Origin: an uncultured Erysipelotrichaceae bacterium
GTDB taxonomy: Bacteria > Bacillota_I > Bacilli_A > Erysipelotrichales > Erysipelotrichaceae
Length of the DNA: 32,000 bases
Assembly (NCBI GenBank): GCA_942493105.1
Contig: OW818668.1
Location: forward strand, 360,001 to 392,000
Direction of reading: 5' to 3'
Positions within the stretch are counted from its first letter, which is position 1. The number at the start of each line of letters is the position of its first letter. The notes beneath the pieces are model-generated. The model ran no database searches. It was not told the DNA's origin and saw only the letters and a program-made list of their open reading frames with translations. Position numbers and translations under genes: made by a program. Below are positions 1 through 10,200 of this stretch, one piece after another.

Positions 1-744
1 ACAAGTAAATTCAGTACCTGGACCAGTTGAGGATTGAGCTGATCCAGATCTAGCAAACAGAATCATCGCAGCTAAAGCCACAATGAAACCACAAATCGAG
101 AAGACGATCAACTTCATCCGTTTAACGTTGATTCCAGCTAAACGAGCTGCTTCCTGATTAGAACCCAAGGCATAGACATATCTTCCAAAATAAGTTCTAT
201 TTAATACAAAGTTTGCTATAAAGACTACCACCAACATAATGATCACACTGACTGGAATGTATTCAAACACATAACCTTGACCTAGAAACTTAAAGGTTAT
301 CGGCAAATTGATGATCTGTTTTGAACCTGAAATCGTATAAGAAAGTCCTTGATAAATAGTACTGGTTCCTAGTGTAACGATCAAAGGATGAACACGTAAA
401 GTATTGGCCATATAACCATTAAACAGTCCTAAACTTGCCCCCAAAACCAATCCAACCGCAACAGCGCCATATACAGGCCAACCTAGATTAATCATCAGGA
501 TACTTGTGATGACCCCTACCAAAGACATCTGATAGCCTATGGATAAATCCATCCCACCCGAAATCATAATAAAAGATAATCCAACTGCAGCCACAATGAC
601 ATAGGATTGTTGAACAAAGATGTTGGTTAAATTACTTACAGTTAGAAAGTACGGTGACATCATACTAAAGAAAATACACAAGGCAATAAACAAGATAAAA
701 ATGATATATTTTCCTGCAAAATTTGATATGGTTTGTTTTTTCAT
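1..744 (-). CDS. Sugar ABC transporter permease (RbsC/BPD_transp_2-like); 3' end runs off the window
   Basis: Absent from the ORF track because it is cut by the window edge. My own minus-strand translation from the ATG at 744-742 gives MKKQTISNFAGKYIIFILFIALCIFFSMMSPYF..., and the frame stays open and hydrophobic (multi-TM) to position 1. It starts 10 nt after the stop of the upstream ATPase gene (755), which is typical ABC operon order. Confidence 0.75.
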   Translation of the reverse strand, partial: MKKQTISNFAGKYIIFILFIALCIFFSMMSPYFLTVSNLTNIFVQQSYVIVAAVGLSFIMISGGMDLSIGYQMSLVGVITSILMINLGWPVYGAVAVGLVLGASLGLFNGYMANTLRVHPLIVTLGTSTIYQGLSYTISGSKQIINLPITFKFLGQGYVFEYIPVSVIIMLVVVFIANFVLNRTYFGRYVYALGSNQEAARLAGINVKRMKLIVFSICGFIVALAAMILFARSGSAQSSTGPGTEFTC

Positions 745-754
745 AACCTTCTCC

Positions 755-2233
755 TTAGTTAAGTCCAGATGCCAATTCTAGAATACGGTCTTGGGTAAAT
801 TCTTTCTTATCAAGTTCTCCAGCGATCTTACCTTCATGTAAAATTAGAATTCGATCAGACATCCCAAGCAGTTCTGGCATATCTGAAGTAATCATTAGGA
901 TTGCTTTACCTTCTTCAGCTAAGCGTACCATCAGATTATATATTTCATGTTTGGCACCTACGTCGATGCCTCTGGTCGGTTCATCAAAAATCAAGATTTC
1001 AGAATTGGTCGCTAAGGTTTTGGCCAATACGACTTTCTGTTGATTGCCTCCGGAAAGATTTTTCGTCATCTGCTCAAGCGAAGGCGTCTTGATATTTAGA
1101 AGGTCTTTATAAGATGATGCTTGCTGAGTTTCTTTATTGGTATTGATGATCCAGCCTTTGGTCAAAGTTTTGATGTTGGCGATGGAGATATTCCATCGCA
1201 CTGTTTTCTCCAGGAAACAGCCTTGAAGTTTTCTATCTTCAGGAATCAAACCAATCCCATATTCAATGGCATCTTTTGGTAAATGAATATGTGCCTTTTG
1301 ACCATGAATCAGAATCTCGCCTTTATCCATTTTATCGGCCCCAAAAATAACACGAGCCAATTCAGTTCGACCACACCCCACTAAACCAGCCAAACCTAAG
1401 ATCTCGCCTTTTCTTAACGAAAAACTGATGTCTTCATCGCCATTCCCATAAAGATGTTTGATCTCCATGATGGTTTCCCCAAGTGAATAGTTTTTATCAG
1501 GATAGGTTTGATTGAGTTCACGACCAACCATAAGCGATATCAATTCTTTGATGTTGGTTTGATTGATGTCTTTGGTTGCGATATATTTTCCATCTCTTAA
1601 AACAGTGACACGATCTGCAATCTCAAAGATTTCTTCCATTCGATGAGAAATATAGATGATGGTGACACCTTTGGCTTTTAATTTCCTAACAATATCAAAC
1701 ATTTTATCAATTTCCGATACTGATAAGGGTGCACTGGGTTCATCCATGATCAAGATCTTTGCGTTTCTGGAAACCGATTTTGCGATCTCAACCAGTTGTT
1801 TTTGAGATGAAGGCAGATTTCGAACCTGTTTTTTAAGATCAAGGGATACACCCATCAGATCAAAGATCTCTTTGGATTTTCGTTCCATTTCCTTGAAGTT
1901 GGCAAGTTTGCCTGTCTTTTCTCCAAAGCAAATATTTTCCGCAACCGATAATGATTCCATTAAATTAAACTCTTGATAAATGACTTCAACCCCTTCGTGT
2001 TTGGCTTCATGAGGGGTCAAATGCGTAAAGGATCTTCCATTGATGATGATTTCCCCTGCATCGGCCTGAATAGCTCCTGCAATGGCTTTGATAAAAGTTG
2101 ATTTGCCTGCCCCGTTTTCTCCCAACAAAGCATGGACTTCACCTTTTCTAAAATCGATAGAGACTTTATCCAAGGCAACGACCCCTGGATAACGCTTGGT
2201 TATATTTTTTATTGAGAGAATAATATCTTCCAT
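755..2233 (-). CDS. Sugar ABC transporter ATP-binding protein, duplicated ATPase domains (RbsA/MglA type)
   Basis: 492 aa. Domain 1 has Walker A GENGAGKST and Walker B ILIMDEPS. Domain 2 has the P-loop GLVGCGRTE, the signature LSGGNQQK and Walker B ILIFDEPTRGID. Confidence 0.9.
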   Translation of the reverse strand: MEDIILSIKNITKRYPGVVALDKVSIDFRKGEVHALLGENGAGKSTFIKAIAGAIQADAGEIIINGRSFTHLTPHEAKHEGVEVIYQEFNLMESLSVAENICFGEKTGKLANFKEMERKSKEIFDLMGVSLDLKKQVRNLPSSQKQLVEIAKSVSRNAKILIMDEPSAPLSVSEIDKMFDIVRKLKAKGVTIIYISHRMEEIFEIADRVTVLRDGKYIATKDINQTNIKELISLMVGRELNQTYPDKNYSLGETIMEIKHLYGNGDEDISFSLRKGEILGLAGLVGCGRTELARVIFGADKMDKGEILIHGQKAHIHLPKDAIEYGIGLIPEDRKLQGCFLEKTVRWNISIANIKTLTKGWIINTNKETQQASSYKDLLNIKTPSLEQMTKNLSGGNQQKVVLAKTLATNSEILIFDEPTRGIDVGAKHEIYNLMVRLAEEGKAILMITSDMPELLGMSDRILILHEGKIAGELDKKEFTQDRILELASGLN

Positions 2234-2249
2234 AATTGCTCCTTTAAAT

Positions 2250-2281
2250 GTAATACCGAAGTATTACTACTTCGGTATTAC
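2250..2281 (-). promoter_or_regulatory. Intercistronic stem-loop between binding-protein gene and ATPase gene
   Basis: Perfect 13-bp inverted repeat: gtaataccgaagt (2250-2262), 6-nt loop, acttcggtattac (2269-2281). No U-tract follows on the transcribed strand. It therefore looks more like an mRNA-stabilising or attenuating hairpin, as is common after SBP genes, than a full terminator. Confidence 0.55.
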
Positions 2282-2305
2282 TACTTGTTTTAGAAAGCTA
2301 ATGAG

Positions 2306-3244
2306 TTATTGAGGTAAAACATCTACGGTGGAGTCGCCAGTATAACCTGTCGCAACACCCTTCATTAAACGACTAAGGATTGTATAGGTGCCTTCAGGCA
2401 ATCCAACGGTTGTTCCATCAATAGCTGGACCACCGATACCAACTGTTCCTCTGAACACTGATAAATTCGTTTTGGATTGATTGATCAAAGCTGAGATCGC
2501 ATCAGAATTATCACATGAGAAGATCCCGAATTTCGATTTATCAAAGCCAGCTTGAGCCATGATGAATTCATTGACACCAGTTGCTGAATCGGCATTATAA
2601 GTCATGACACCAATCGCATCAGAATTTTGTTGCCACATATTTTCAATGATGGTTCTGCCTTCTGCTGCAGTTAAACCTTCAGTTGTTGCAACAACGACAT
2701 TGAATCCCAATGATTTCAATTTATCAACGATTCCTTCAGAACGCAGTCTTCCCGAATCTGTCGTCGTAGATTTAATAACGATGACTTTTCCAGTCTTATT
2801 TCCGAAAGTAGTATTCGACCAATTCCCCATTAATGTAGCTGCTTGTTCTCCCCATTTGTATTGGTCAACATTCATAACGACATCTGCTCCTGCAATACTG
2901 CCCCCTGCTGTAACGATCTTAATACCTGCTTTATGGGCTTTAGTTACAACATCAGCTAATGCAACTGGATCCGTTGCGAAGATAAAGATCGAGTCAACTT
3001 TCATTGTGATGAAGTTTTCAATTTGTGAAATCTGAGTTTGAACATTACCGGCTGCATCTGCAGTAGATACTGTAACTTTATCTGCTTCGGCAGCTGTTTT
3101 AATCCCACCAGCTACGAAACTGATGAATGGATTGCCTAAATCATTCATAGACAAGCCGATTGTAAAGCCCTTCTTTTTAGCGGTGCAAGCACCTAAACCA
3201 ATTACCATTAGTAGTACGACTAGAATAGTCATTATTCTTTTCAT
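2306..3244 (-). CDS. Sugar-binding lipoprotein of the ABC transporter (periplasmic-binding-protein type I fold)
   Basis: I moved the start to MKRIMTILVVLLMVIGLGAC (ATG at 3244-3242), which is preceded by the RBS AAGGAGGAAAAGAA. The signal peptide plus lipobox LGAC indicates a lipoprotein. The body (GLSMNDLGNPF..., DSIFIFATDP) resembles ribose/galactose-type binding proteins. Confidence 0.8.
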   Translation of the reverse strand: MKRIMTILVVLLMVIGLGACTAKKKGFTIGLSMNDLGNPFISFVAGGIKTAAEADKVTVSTADAAGNVQTQISQIENFITMKVDSIFIFATDPVALADVVTKAHKAGIKIVTAGGSIAGADVVMNVDQYKWGEQAATLMGNWSNTTFGNKTGKVIVIKSTTTDSGRLRSEGIVDKLKSLGFNVVVATTEGLTAAEGRTIIENMWQQNSDAIGVMTYNADSATGVNEFIMAQAGFDKSKFGIFSCDNSDAISALINQSKTNLSVFRGTVGIGGPAIDGTTVGLPEGTYTILSRLMKGVATGYTGDSTVDVLPQ

Positions 3245-3354
3245 TTCTTTTCCTCCTTGTGTCCTAGAAATGTATTCTATGTCAAGTATATCTAGGTAAG
3301 CGTTTACAAACAATTCTAAATAAGGTATGATTTATTCGTAAAAGGAATAAATAA

Positions 3355-4233
3355 ATGGAAACAAACACCATCGATGAATTTATTCAAATCGCTCAATTAA
3401 AAAGCTTCTCAAAAGCAGCCGAAGAACTCATGATCTCTCAGTCTTCTTTGTCAAAACATATCAAGACATTAGAGGCAGATTTAGGTGAACAACTCTTTGA
3501 TCGAACCACCAGAAGTGTAACTTTGACCTTATTTGGACAAAGCATCTTACCTTTATGTCAAGAGATCTCGGATAAAAGCAAGGCAATAATAAAGCTTGCC
3601 AATAATCAAACGACACGAAACAGAAATCATCTTTCAATTACATCTATTCCCGTTATGGCTCAATATAATATCACTGGAGCTATTGCCAACTTTCTTAATG
3701 CTCATCCTGAGATCCATATGACCTTCACTGAAAGTGAATCACTTATGATCAATCACCTGTTAAGAAACGGGGACTATGAACTTGCCTTTACCCGTCTCAT
3801 TGAGAAAGAAGAACCTAGCTTTGACAGTATTCCTTATTACAGCGATAATTTGGTTGCTGTATTACCTAAGAACCATAGGCTGGCCAAAAACAAATCCATC
3901 AACATCAAAGAATTAATGAATGATCATTTCCTATTTCTTGATGAAAATACCCTTCTATATCGTTATCTTATCGATTATTGTAAAGAGAACGGATTTGTAC
4001 CCAACATCGTTCAAACTGCTCACAGACCTGAAAACATCATCGACTTTGTTTCAAAAGGCTTAGGAATCTCACTGCTTTATCGTAAGCAGGTTGATTATGT
4101 CAACAATCCACACATCGTTGCAGTTGACCTACTCCCTAAGCAAGTCAGCATAATTGCTTTATCTAAACTCAAGAGTCATAAACTATCTTATGCAGCCAAT
4201 GCCTTTTGGAATTATATAAAAGATAAGAAATAA
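3355..4233 (+). CDS. LysR-family transcriptional regulator
   Basis: 292 aa. The N-terminal HTH (FSKAAEELMISQSSLSKHIKTLEADLGEQLFDRTTRSVTLT) is classic LysR. The gene is transcribed divergently from the ABC operon. Confidence 0.85.
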   Translation: METNTIDEFIQIAQLKSFSKAAEELMISQSSLSKHIKTLEADLGEQLFDRTTRSVTLTLFGQSILPLCQEISDKSKAIIKLANNQTTRNRNHLSITSIPVMAQYNITGAIANFLNAHPEIHMTFTESESLMINHLLRNGDYELAFTRLIEKEEPSFDSIPYYSDNLVAVLPKNHRLAKNKSINIKELMNDHFLFLDENTLLYRYLIDYCKENGFVPNIVQTAHRPENIIDFVSKGLGISLLYRKQVDYVNNPHIVAVDLLPKQVSIIALSKLKSHKLSYAANAFWNYIKDKK

Positions 4234-4246
4234 CTATGTGCCATTT

Positions 4247-4277
4247 AAAACACACCTAATAAATTCAGGTGTGTTTT
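4247..4277. terminator. Bidirectional rho-independent terminator between convergent LysR and glucan synthase genes
   Basis: Perfect 11-bp stem: aaaacacacct (4247-4257), 9-nt loop, aggtgtgtttt (4267-4277). The A-run on one side and T-run on the other would allow it to work on both strands. Confidence 0.75.
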
Positions 4278-4291
4278 AATATGGACATTAA

Positions 4292-7200
4292 CTATTGTGA
4301 ATTTAGTTTCTGAGCTCCCATGATAACAGAAACATCATGTGTCTTACCATCGTCATTTAAACTAATCTGTTGACCCGCAATCAGTTTACCATCAACAAAT
4401 ATTTTCTTGACTCCTTTGTTTAAATGATCAGGATTTTCTACTTTTATGTTATAGGTTGCAGTCTTGTAGTTGTATGTCATCTTATAACTATCCCAATATG
4501 TCGGTATACATGGATCAATCAACAAGGACTGCCCAATCTTCTTAAAGCCCAGGATATTTTCTAGTCCTGCTCTGATCATCCATCCTGATGAACCTGTATA
4601 CCATGTCCAACCCCCTTTACCATTATGCGGATATACGGAATACACATCCGCAGCCATCACATAAGGTTCAACTTTATATCTTGAATAGTCTCTAAAATGT
4701 CCAGTATGATTGATCGGGTTGATCAAATCATAGTTCTCAAGAGCCTTGTTTCCTTGACCCATTTGGGCAAAGGCAATGATGGCCCACGCAGCTGCATGTG
4801 TATACTGACCTCCGTTTTCGCGGACTCCAGGCAAATAACCTTTGATATACCCCGGTTCAAATTCGTCCGAGTTAAAGGGTGGTGTCAATAATCGTATCAA
4901 CCCATTTTCTCTATCGATCAGATAATCTTCCAATGACTTCAAAGCTGTTTGTGCTCTTATAGGATCTCCTGCTTTTGAGATGACAGCCCAGCTTTGGGCA
5001 ATGGAATCTATCTTACATTCTGCATTTTGATTGGATCCAAGAACTTGTCCATTATCGAAATAAGCTCTACGATACCACTTCCCATCCCATCCTTCTTGTT
5101 CAACGGAGTTTTTGAGTTGTTTTTTGATTTGTTCGTATTTTTTTGCTTGTTCATGATCGTTTTTTTGGTTACAGATGGGTATAAACTGATCGAGTACTGT
5201 AATCAAAAACCAAGCCAACCAAACACTTTCGCCTTTACCTTTATGGCCAACTCGATTCATCCCATCATTCCAATCACCTGAGCCCATTAATGGTAAACCA
5301 TGTTGACCAAAACGAGAGGCTTTATCAATAGCCAAGATACAATGATGATAAAGTGAAGCCTTGATGTGTGAAACCTCAGGTTGACTATATCTGTCATCTT
5401 CAGCATCACTTAAAGGTGGTCCACTTATGAAACCAACATTTTCATCCCAAATCGAATCATCTCCTGAGATTCTGTTGTATTCACAGCTGACATAAGGTAA
5501 CCACAAGAGATCATCAGAGATGCGTGTCCGTACACCTACGCCTTGTGGATCATGCCACCAGTGTTGAACATCCCCTTCTAGGTATTGATGAGTAGCATGC
5601 AACAAGATCTGCTTACGTGTCAATTCTGGCCAAAGATGAGCGATGGATAAACTATCTTGAAGTTGATCTCTAAAGCCTGTGGCTCCACCAGATTGATAAA
5701 ACCCAGATCTTGCCCATAATCGACATGCGATGGTTTGGTATTGTAACCAACCATTCAACATCAGATCCATCGACATACTTGGGGTCTCAACTTGAATCTG
5801 ATTCAGTTTGTCTCTCCAAAATGATTTAACTAAGGTAAAAGCTTCAGTAGCTTTTCCTTCTTTACGATAGTTTTGACATAAGTGTATGGCTTCATCATCT
5901 GTCGACGCAACACCCATCATAAATACGATTTCTTTACTTTCATTGGGATCAAGTGTTACTTTGACTTGAAGAGCCCCACATATATCAAAACCTGCTCCAA
6001 CTTTGCCGCTAAGTTGAGACTCCGACAGACAATCTGGTGATACTAAACCACCAGATCCAAAGAATGCTTTTCGATCTGTACTCCATGAACGAGATATTTC
6101 AGATACATCCATAAATACTTTTTTATCAATAAATGAAACATTCTGTGGATTTTCAAGAATCAAGATATTTTGATCGATCAATCGAGTCTTAACCATGAGA
6201 TGATTGTTTTGATCGCTATCTCCTAAAATTGGTTTAATCACCAGCGTTAAGCTTAGGCTCCTTCTTTGATCACTAACATTTTTAAGATTGACGATGTTGA
6301 GCTTAATGGATTCATTTTTTGATACAAAGACTGTACTGCGTTGTTTGATCCCATGACTGGTATGTTCAAAAATGGAATAACCAAAGCCATGGGTCACTAA
6401 ATAAGCTTCATCCTCGCGAATCGGAAGTGCTGTCGTAGTCCATGTTTCGTCTGTTTCATCATCATGAAGATAGAGTATCTCTCCTGGTGTATCTGAAACC
6501 GCATCATTGGACCATGGTGTGATCTTGCTTTCGTGACTATTATCAGCCCAAGTTGTAGAAGATCCGGATTCAGAAATCAAGAATCCAAAGAGTGGGTTCG
6601 CAATCACATTGATCCAAGGGGCTGGCGTATTTTGTCCCTTTTTTAGATGTATGACATATTCATGGCCTTCTTGACTAAAGCCACCAATTCCATTATCTAG
6701 AATAAGATTTGGGATTTTCAGGAGATTCGGCTCATATTGGATAGAAGTCCTAAGTGGCTTTTTGAGTTGTAGTAAAGGCTCTTGATCAAATTTCATCACT
6801 TGTTCCTTCATCGTTCTCCCATCACCAATCAAAATCACCCTCGAAGATGCATAAAGAAGTGAAATATCTTCTGGTTGGACTTTGTTTTTATCCAATATAA
6901 ATATGTCTTTGACTTGATTTTGATTCTCATTGGTAGTAGACGATTGAACAATGTCTACTATGATTTGATATAAAGGATTGGTATAACTGTAGTCTTCGTC
7001 ACTTAAGATAATCAAATCAACCTTAAGATCCATGAGACGCCAATAATCATGTGCTTTTAAAATTTCATTAAGGATCTGAGTTTTATTTGTTTTACTTAAT
7101 ACTACTAAGACTTGAGCTCGATCACCTGATATTCCATATTTCCATAAATCAGACTGTCCTCTTGTATTCATCTTAAGGATAGCCATCTGTTCAATACGTG

Positions 7201-10200
7201 ACTTTCCTCCATACAATAATTCAGAAATCATATCTTGATAAAGCTCAAGTTCTGTTGAATCCAGATTTAGATATCTTGTTTCCATCTGACTTCTAACCTT
7301 AGCCAATCTAAAGGCACCATCGATTGCATCTGAAGTCGCATATTTATCAACAAGCGACATCATCAACTCTTCATTCTCACCGATGGCACATACAAATGAT
7401 AACTCACTGGTTTTACCTGCTTCGACCTTAAAACGAACACGATGACTCATGATTGGATCTAGGACTGGTCCTATTGTGTTGGATAAAGGTTTATTGTCGC
7501 TAAAGACGATCGGTGATTTAAGATCATGGCCTCGTCCGATCATTTGATTACGATCGGTTTCTATTTGGATGCTACCGATTGATTTTTCTTTTAATACGAC
7601 AGAATTTGCGATCCACATCTTTTTTTCTTTATCTGATCTAGGACGTCTCATCGCAACCAAACAATGTTTATCCGCATTATAATCTGTTTCTATGAAAAGA
7701 TTACTGAAAGCAGGATGAGCAACATCTGTTTTTTGTTCAGCTAAAACAAGTTCAAAATAACTGGTCAATTCCAATATGACAGGCAAATCACCATTATTCT
7801 TAATGCTTATTCTGCGAATCTCAACACTATCGCCTGTTGTAACCATGACTTCTGTCTTAGTATCGATCAACCCATCTTTACGCCAAAAGACAGCTCGATC
7901 TGATGTGAATGTGACTTTATAAGATTGAGGTAACACATTGAGTGGCGCATAGGTCGATGACCATAAAGCACCTGTCTCAATATTCTTTAGATAGAAGAAC
8001 ATTCCTAAAGGATCTAGTGTTTGATCTTCACGCCAACGACTTAACGCAATCATTTTATCTTTACTATAGCCTGTTCCACGATCAGTGACCATGATTGAAT
8101 AGTTACCATTGGTTAAGACATGGGCTTTAGGATAACCTTCTTGTGGGTCCACAAAGGTTCTTATGGTTGGTCTTTCTTTAACACGAGGCTCTTTCGCAAC
8201 AGTCACTTTTTCTTGATGAGACTTAGTGATGACAAGATTGGTTGGTACCTTTTCTTGAAGCAACATTCTTGCTGCATTCATTTCAGGATCACTATGAAAT
8301 CTGTTTTGCATTAGATTTCCATTGAGATAATTATCGATCGCAACCAAACTCATCCCTTGATGATGTGCCATAAAACTCTTAACTATGGTTCGTTTCGCCT
8401 CAAAAGTCAGACGTTCTTGGGTATAATCTGCAGCTTCATAGTAACCATAAGGACCATCTAATCCTTCTTCACTTAAGCGATGAAGATTTGCTATGGCACC
8501 TTTAGGATCAACCATCAAGGCTAAAAATGTTGCGTAAGGCGCTACGACCACATCTTCAACCAAACCGCGTTTTAAACCCAACCATGGGATCCCTATGGCT
8601 TTATACTGATACTCAAGATTCATTCCTAGAGCACTAAATCCAGATTCAGAAGTACCCCAAGGAGTTTCTCTTTGTTTCGCATATTTCTTTTGACTATTGA
8701 TCACAAAAGAATACGTTTCATCCAGTAACGTATGTTTATACGTCTTCATAATCAGTAAAGGCATCAAGTATTCAAACATCGTCCCAGTCCATGAGATCAA
8801 ACCTTTATGACGATCAACGATCGTTAAGACTCGACCCAACTTAAACCAATGAACAGGAAGCACTTCGCCTCTTGCGATACAGATATAACTGGTTTGTCTG
8901 GCTTCAGAAGTTAATAAATCATAATATGAATTGGTTTGTTTATTTTCAGAAATGTTGAATCCAATTGAAAACAATTGCTTCTTAGAATCATATAAAGGAA
9001 CAAACGTCATCTCATCTAATAATTTCCCGATCCTTTGAATCAAGGTTTCTATAAATAAAGCTTGGTGTTGTAAGCGAAGATCAGTTTCATCTAATGTTTT
9101 AGCTAATTTCTGACACCAATCCAACAGTTCATATGGTTCTGATTTTGATGACTTAAGATCTTCAATGAGTTGAGCTAACAGTAGCTGAGCTTGTTGATGA
9201 TTAACTAAGAGTTGTTTCAAAGAATCATTTCCAGAAAGAAGCTTTATCAACCGATTCACTGACTCAAGAAGAGAAAGTTCAAATGGATCTGTTAAGTTGG
9301 TGTTTGGACACTTTTCTAGCAATATAAGCTCTGGTCTATAGTCAATCAATTCATGTTTAAAGCGTTGAATCATTACGTCTACTTTCATCATCCAAATTGG
9401 TTTCTTATTGAGTGGTATTTTTTCAATTTCACCTAACGTGTTAAGCAGTTGACTCCATTGGTTTAGATCAAAAGTTAGAGATAAAGACTGGGAATAAGCC
9501 TTCAGTTTTGAAAGGTAATCTTGACCAGGTTTACCAGCACAGATCAATGTATCTTCGATCCCATCCACTATTCTACGATCCATAAGTGGTTCATCGAATG
9601 AAGCTTTAAGAGCTTGTTTAATGGTGATCAAGTATCCCGCAAGATTACCACTGTCAACAGTAGATACATAAAGTGGTTCCATGGGTTTAGCACTACTGGT
9701 GTCATACCAATTAAACAGATGTCCATTCCATTTGTCTAAACGCTCCATAGCTGTGATGGTTTTATCCATCAACTGACCCATATGGAATATACTAAAATAG
9801 CCTAAATCTTTAGCACTTAAAATAGCCATCAAATTTAAACCGATGTTGGTTGGAGATGATCGAGGTGCTAAACCAGTCGGCGGATCCACTTGATAGTTAT
9901 CAGGAATCAAATAATGATTGGCACTGTTTGAAAATTCTTCAAAATATCGCCATGTCTTTCTCGCCACTGACCGTAATTTAAGCAAATCAGGTCGCGATAT
10001 GATTTCATCTTTGGGTTCATGTTCAATACTGATCCAATAGGCTACAAAGGGAGCACAAGACCATACAATCATCACCAATAAACTTGCGATAAACATCTTT
10101 GGTTTTAAGAAATATGATAATAGCGGAATGATTGGGGCAATGATAAACGATGCCTTCATCTTTGAGATATAGCTACTGAGCGTATTCTTTTGAGAACGCT

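Noticed and set aside
901-1092. 63-aa plus-strand ORF inside the ABC ATPase gene. The same type of antisense or alternate-frame ORFs occur at 2604-3035, 4697-4891, 4994-5281, 8120-8314, 11282-11467, 11595-11789, 14103-14300, 15799-16116, 19620-19802, 20198-20419, 21894-22127, 21979-22203, 25257-25649, 26500-26745, 27352-27636, 28980-29489 and 31326-31694.
   Set aside because: Each lies entirely or largely within, and mostly antisense to, a much longer ORF with clear family motifs. They have low-complexity or odd composition and no RBS. These are typical shadow ORFs.
3245-3313. Longer N-terminal extensions given by the ORF track for the binding protein (3313), the Mrr-like gene (15587), the GHKL ATPase (27632) and the XRE gene (28383).
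   Set aside because: In each case an internal ATG is preceded at proper spacing by a clear RBS. For the binding protein that ATG begins a proper signal peptide and lipobox. The upstream extensions lack an RBS.
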